Below are positions 58,018 to 64,000 of a stretch of DNA of 64,000 nucleotides, one piece after another (the first letter of the stretch is position 1; each line of letters opens with the position of its first letter). A model generated the notes under the pieces. It was given only the letters and a program-made list of their open reading frames with translations, was not told the DNA's origin and did not search any database. This DNA is from Vicugna vicugna (Eukaryota): contig MU058009.1 in the NCBI GenBank assembly GCA_013265495.1, positions 3,305,780 through 3,369,779 of the forward strand, in the 5' to 3' direction. Position numbers and translations under genes: made by a program.

Positions 58018-59284
58018 CTCTGCATAAGTTAGCCGCAGCTTCTAATACTCAGGGTGTCCAGAAGATGAACTAGATCTCAGTCTGGGGGGCCAGTGCCCAC
58101 AGCTTCGGCTACACGCCCTCACTAGCTTTCCCTGTGGGATTCAATGCTGTCATGAACCACAGAGAGCTTCCAGAAACAGGGCCAGGATGGGAGCAGCTGC
58201 CTCTGAGGCCTGGGGGGAGGTCACACACCCGTTTTCCTGGACGTGCTCCTCAGGGGGAGGAGGCTGGGTCTTGGATGGGGATATGCTTGAGCCTGAATGC
58301 GATGTTACATGTAATTGGAGAGGTTTCGCAAGTCTTGTCACAGGCATGTAGGAGGACCGGCAGGCTTCATTCTACTCAATTCCATACAGATACATCCCTC
58401 ACTGGTCCAGAGCTGAAATAATGATATTTGCCAAAGAGATTAGAGAACCTCGCCAGTTAACAGACGGGACCACCTCACCTCACGTGAAGTTCTCAAACCT
58501 GAGCTAAATGTATAAATGTCGAGGTCTTGGAACTGTTAACACCATTGGAGAGAGAAGGCTGGAGAATCTGGTGGGGGGAATTTAAATTTGGTGAAAAATT
58601 AGAATCACATGCAATATTTATTTTTGTAGTACAATTTACATATCTAAAATCATTTTGCTGAGAAGAAACATAAAATGTATTATGTATAACTTGATTTGCT
58701 CATAAAATTATCATTTAGGTAAAATTAGAGATGTGAAGAACTGGAAAAACAAAATGGAAAAAATAGGAGAGAACAGATTTTTTTACTGATTCATTTTCTT
58801 TATGTATTTATTTAACAAAAAGCATCCGGGGTTTGGGGGGTGAACATTCCTTCTGATATTTTTCTTTCTTTCTCCCTCCCTTCCTTCCTTCCTTCCTTTT
58901 TCCCCTCTTGGGTCTTGAAATCTTCATGTAAAACATCAGTTTAAGCCCATCTTTTTGTTACAGGCGCAGCCGCAGAGCAGAGTTAACCATCCTTTCCCTG
59001 GAACCATCCTCCCAAGTCACAGCCATTCGGAGACGACTCGGGCGTCTCCCTGTTACAGTTGGCGTCCCAGTTTCATCCCGTCCTCCCTCCTCTCGCTGCA
59101 CCCCCTTCGGTACCTGCCCCTCCTTTCCCTGCTCTCAAGCCCAGGGCCTGGGGGGGCTGGTGTTGCCCATGGGGCTCCTGTGTGGATCCTCAGACCCCGC
59201 GCATGGGGCCCGGGCCAGGCTGTTGCTGGCGGAGCAGAAGGGAGAGTACAGCCTCTAAGCACAGCGACTCCTGGCCCTCCACCG

Positions 59285-59525
59285 CTCGTCACGTGCCAGG
59301 TGGTCTGCGAAGCACGAGGTGTTCATTTTCCCACGTAATCCTCCCCCAGCTCTCCGTGTACAAGGCTATAATTATTCCATTTCTTAGCTGGAGAAAGCAT
59401 AGCTTAAGGAAAGTGAAGTAGCTTGCTTGAGGTCATGCAGCTGGTAAGCTCTTGAGTCAGCCTCAGAGCCTGGATTCAAACCCAGTTTGTGTGACTCCAA
59501 TCTGTGGCCTATGACCCGCTACCCA
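59285..59525 (-). mobile_element. MIR SINE
   Basis: GTGAAGTAGCTTGCTTGAGGTCATGCAGCTGGTAAG...CTGGATTCAAACCCAGTTTGTGTGACTCCA. Confidence 0.8.
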
Positions 59526-59559
59526 GCAGTGCCTTAAGGCAGTGAGAATCCTAGATACA

Positions 59560-59745
59560 TAGGGCTTTACGGTTTAATGCGTTTCCACACCCACTGGCTT
59601 ATGTGAGTTTCACTGCAGCAGCTGTCCTGGGGGAGATGCAGGGGAAGCTGGAATCCCCACTTTAGAGATGTGCAAACTGGCTCAGAGAGGTTAGGGGCTC
59701 TGCCCCAGGTCACACAGTAAATGGAGCAGGCATTCAGACAGCATG
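59560..59745 (-). mobile_element. MIR SINE (adjacent second copy)
   Basis: ATCCCCACTTTAGAGATGTGCAAACTGGCTCAGAGAGGTTAGGGGCTCTGCCCCAGGTCACACAG. Confidence 0.8.
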
Positions 59746-62299
59746 CTGCCCACTGGAGGTCCACTCCAGTCTGCCCAGCAGTTGGCCTGAACAGAGGGAA
59801 GTGTCTCTGGAACTGGTGTGCGCACACGCAAACTTTTCAGACCTGACGCCAGTGAATCCAAGTTGGGGGGAGGGGAGCCCAGGGGATTTCTACCCCCGCC
59901 CCGACCCTGAGTTTACAAGGACTGAGAGGCATCGGAGAGAAGGCTTCTGGCCTTTCTTGCTGTTTTTGTTGATTTGTTTCTTCTTTCAAAAATCTTTTTT
60001 TTATGAGGCTGCCATAAAAACACTCATTAGACGGTGTTGATTTTCATTAATGTTGATTCTCCGAGAGCGCCATCCGTCTCCCGTGACCGGCGACCTCCTT
60101 CCCGTGGGAGAAGAAAGCTGCCTGACAAGTGAGCTCTGCAGATTGTAGGTGAGGGTCCAGATGTGAGGTAGCCTGTTGTTGCCAAAACAGGACGTGTGCT
60201 AGTGGTTTAATTTGCACAAAACCAACAGCATTCAGGTGCGTCCTTGCTGTTACCGAAATGCATTGCTGGAAAGCAGCCGTCTGTCCCCCTTCCCCCACCC
60301 CTCAGCCCTCCTCGCTTTCCGTCCTCCAGCTCACTCGTGCCTTTTGTGAAATCTGTGCTTTGAACACACCTGGAGGCAACAGTACATCTGTGGTCAGTGG
60401 GAAGGAATCACAAACCACAGACGCAAAGAGGAAACAGGGACGGGGGCCGCGTGGTTGCCGGGGTCGACCTGGAGCCTGGCAGCTTCGCTAGGAGCCACGA
60501 TGGGTCGTGGTTGGCAGGAAGAACCTTTCCTCCCCCGGAGGATCCCCATTTGGGGAGTCCCTCCGCTGAACTTCCTCTGGTCCAGGGCCTCCATGCTGTG
60601 GGTTGACTAAGTGTTGTGTCCTCTCCAGGCGGCCTTTCCAAAGGCAGATGTCTCCTGGAGAGGTGGCTGCGTCGGTCACCTGACAAGCCCTGGAAGCCTG
60701 GATGGAGGGGTCATGGGCCTTGGGACAAAGGTGCGGCAAAGGCATCCTTTCCCACATCCCAGCTTTGCTCGTTCTGGGTCTGGGGACACCGACCTCCACC
60801 GAGACCTCGAGCTTCTGCCATCAGTGTTGGCCATCTGATGCACTTCTGCACCGGAGCAGGGTCTCCTCTGCAGACCCCAGGGGAGCTGGAGTCGGGGCAG
60901 CACAGACACCAGCTGTGCCTGTATTTCCGGGGCCTCCACAGCTGCCCCTCGTCCTGTCTTCCTGAGGTTCCTGTGCTCCTGGGTTGGAGAAGCCGGGGCC
61001 CAGAGACCAGGCTCCACCTAGGAGACCGAGGTCTTCTGAGACCATCTCTCCTGGGGGAGAGGGGACGGAGGGGAGCGCTTCCTCTCAGGAGACTGGCTGG
61101 CGGGTGCGTGCGAGGCCTCGCTGGTCCACTGGCAGGTGTCCCTTCCCACCTCCTGGTGCCCGTCCTCCCCGTCAGGCTCAGGTGCTCCTGGCTCAGTCAA
61201 GTGAGACATCTCTGTACTTCACTCACAGAGTCTCAGAACGGGACCTGGTTGTCACCTGAGGCAGGTCTTTGATGTGGCCGCGGCCTCCGGGTGCCGTGTG
61301 CCTGGGTGGCCTGGCTCATGCAGCAGGGAGCCTCCTCCCTCGCACCACCTGCCTCCTGCCCCGCAGCCTGTGGTGCAGACGCGGGTCCGCGGCCAGGCCA
61401 CTGCCGCCCGCTCCGCCGCGCGCAGAGCCCTGCGGGGCAGGGTCCCGGGGACTCACTCCGGTTTCGCAGTGAGAAGCCGGCGAGCCTGCAGACGCTCTTT
61501 CTGCCTGCGTTCCCTCCTGCTCTTCTCCAGATGGCTCATCGGTGTGTTGAGTACCTTCTGCCCACACAGCCCTGTAAAGGGCCCGGAGGAGGGCCAGGCA
61601 GAGATGACTAAGACTGAACCCCCTGACTTGAGCGACCTGGTGGTTACATGAGAAAAGTCAAACAGAGGAGACGAATTCTCAGCCCGAGTGCCAGTTGGGA
61701 TGGTGGCACCTCGCGTTTCGGGTCACTTCCGAGGAAGGGCTGTGTCTCCTGGGCGGGGCCAGGCTCCTGTAATCCTCGGTGGCCCGGGGTAGCCCTTCGC
61801 CAAGGCCTCACACCACCTTCTTGGGGGCCTCAGGTGCACGAGAGTGTAGAACCAGGCTTGCAAGCTCTCATCTTGACACTAGGCAGGCACAGCCTTCCCT
61901 TGAAACTCAGATTCAGACGTTTCCCGATGATCTTGGAACTGCCCCCCAGGAGCGATGGCTCTCAGCTGCAGCTGTCCCCGGGGCGGGAAGCCAGGCGGCA
62001 ACCTCAAGGAGAAAGGCTCCATATCCCATTACCAATCCAATTACCTGGCACTTGCAGGTTAGATGGGAACTGCCGGACCGGAACCCAGCAGCGGACCATT
62101 TGCCTCTGTGTCTTGTCCCTGACAGTCCTCGGGCCCGGGAGTCCCACTCGGACGCTTCTGTGAGTCCGCAGACGCGCCAGCTCGCTCACCTTTACGGGAA
62201 GGAGTGGAGCTGCTCGTGGGGGTGGTGGGCGGCACAGAAGCCCACTGCTGCCTGGAGTGCCCACCCCGGCCCAGCCCCCGCACCCATATCCGTTAAGTC

Positions 62300-62895
62300 C
62301 TTGAACCAGTGTTTACTGAGCAGCTCCTGTACATGAGGTGATGCTGGACACCAGACCCCCCGTGGTGGGCAGTCCCTGCTCTCATGGCTTTCACTGGGAT
62401 GGGAGGATACAGGCAGTAGCAGTTCAGCAGGCAGACATGTATTATGACAATTGTTATAAGTGCCGTGGAGAAAAACAACACGATAAAGAAGATGGACGGG
62501 GTGGGGAGTTGGTCCTCTGGCTCTTGGTGGCTTGGGGAGTTCTCCTGGACAAGGTGACATTTCAGCAGAGGCTTGAAGAAGCCTGTCTGAAGGCAGGTGT
62601 GCGGCGGAGAGCGGTCCTCGCCCTCTGTACTGGGGGCTGGGAGAGGTCTTGGTGCAAGAAGCAAAAAAAAAAAAAAAAGCAAGTGCAAAATAGAAATACA
62701 CTCGGTGCTTGAGAAATAGGGAACAGCAGGTGGCCGACGTGGCCGGAAGGAGGGTGCAAAGGGCGTGAGACATTCAGGGAGGATGCACGGCCCCGACCAC
62801 CGAGGCTTCCTGGGCCGTCGCGTGGACTTTGGTTTTTGCTCTGCGCAACGCGGGAAGGCACTGGCGGGTTTGAGGAGTAAAGACCACATCGTACC
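62300..62895 (-). mobile_element. L2 LINE 3' fragment
   Basis: AGTGTTTACTGAGCAGCTCCTGT...TCCCTGCTCTCATGG...AAGGTGACATTTCAGCAGAGGCTTGAAG...GGACTTTGGTTTTTGCTCTG. Confidence 0.75.
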
Positions 62896-63879
62896 CGAGC
62901 ATCCATTAAACATGTCTGCAGGTAAATATTTGTTGAATGAATACATGAAATACTTGCTGGGTGATTGAAAGAACAAACATCACCGAATCACACAAGTAAC
63001 TACGCAGAGACAAAGAGTTCCTAGAGTAACATCCTGTGTCCATATTTGCTCAGAAGAGAGGGATGTCTTCCCACTGAGAGAGCAGTTAGCTGTCTGCTAC
63101 TTTGCCTTTTGTCCTCCAGATGGAGGGTGGGTCTTGGCGCAAGGTGCAGAAACGTGGAAGTACCCAGGGCAGGGGCAGGAAGCGTGCAGCCCTGTATCCT
63201 CTGGACAGAGATGCAGGACAAGGTGCTGCTTGGTTTGGTGTGAGGTGCTCGCTATGTGCCCCTGCCCGGATGTCTAGGTGCCTTCTGCCCCAGGGCTTGG
63301 AATTCCACATCTCAGGTCCGTCCTTTTCTTGAGCCTTGAAAACAACTTCATTCCTTAAGAATGTCCCCTCACACAGGATGGGGGTAGATCCCTTACCCTG
63401 TACTCCTCTTTGTACCAAGTCTCCGTCAAATGTCACCCTTAAGATGCCTTTTGTCACTCTTCTTCCGACCTCCCTCCCTGCAGGACCCGCAGCTTCCCTC
63501 TGCCCTCACTGCCCCCTGGACCACGGTCTGCACCTCCCGCCCTTTCTGACCCCGGACTCCTTGATGCGGGGAAAATTGCTGTCCGTCTTCGTCCTCCTCA
63601 CCCAGCGGGGTGTCTGCGCTCATAGCGGTTTTCTTTCTTTCCCTTCTTTCCTTTGCATCTTTTCGGCCGTCTTTCCCCCTTGTTTTCTTGCTTTTGTCTT
63701 TAATTTAGCGGGGTGACTGTCGTCAAGAGAGCACGTGTGCAGTTTGGCAAGTCCTTGGGCACATCACGTGCGTGCGAGGTTTCTGCTGAGCCCTGCGCCA
63801 CCCGGCTGATTGGATTTTTTAAAGCTTTTGTTTTTATTTATTATCGAGGTAGCACGTGATCACGATAAAAAGTTAGAAA

Positions 63880-64000
63880 ATAAGTTATGGTGTGTGTATA
63901 CAGTGGAACACTACTGGCCATAAAAAAGAATGAAATAATGCCATTTGCAGCAACATGGATAGACCTGGAGACCGTCATTCTAAGTGGAGTAGGCCAGACG
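63880..64000 (+). mobile_element. L1 ORF2 C-terminus (5'-truncated, continues beyond window)
   Basis: GCCATAAAAAAGAATGAAATAATGCCATTTGCAGCAACATGGATAGACCTGGAG = AIKKNEIMPFAATWIDLE. Confidence 0.92.

Noticed and set aside
1..64000. Hundreds of 60-260 aa ORFs in the six-frame track (e.g. 41772-42551, 20599-21234, 60616-61272, 62293-62976, 54702-55325)
   Set aside because: They are rich in Pro/Gly/Arg/Ala/Ser, overlap on both strands, often have non-ATG starts and show no recognisable domain. This is expected by chance in GC-rich DNA, and several lie in L2/MLT repeats.
1..64000. CRISPR array, operon, phage or defence system
   Set aside because: No regularly spaced repeat-spacer array and no gene-dense organisation. 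The sequence is mammalian and repeat-rich.

Overview
This is mammalian nuclear DNA, almost certainly camelid, judged from two copies of a tRNA-derived SINE of the camelid vic-1 type and cetartiodactyl/camelid-type L1 3' ends. I can support no host protein-coding exon, RNA gene, CRISPR array or prokaryote-type system. The window looks like a GC-rich intergenic region or very large intron. It consists of transposon fossils (MIR, L2, L3/CR1, L1, MaLR/ERV LTRs, hAT and Tigger DNA elements) separated by unique stretches rich in developmental TF motifs. Almost all ORFs in the track are chance GC-rich ORFs or TE remnants. There is a 340-bp assembly gap at 49433-49772. The most noteworthy observations are: (1) an orphan CpG island at ~42.3-43.7 kb made largely of an MLT1D LTR whose A/T bases appear systematically replaced by G/C, a GC-biased gene conversion signature; (2) a well-formed candidate spliced transcript at 35.8-37.7 kb containing a 39-nt exon; (3) a nested transposon stack at 10.5-16.3 kb (MLT1 > Charlie1a > three L1s plus MER2); (4) a compact TEAD/GATA/TBX/MEIS/NKX motif cluster at 32.15-32.24 kb. 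I did not find a convincing previously undescribed biological system. Repeat family names come from recalled consensus sequences and need RepeatMasker/Dfam confirmation.
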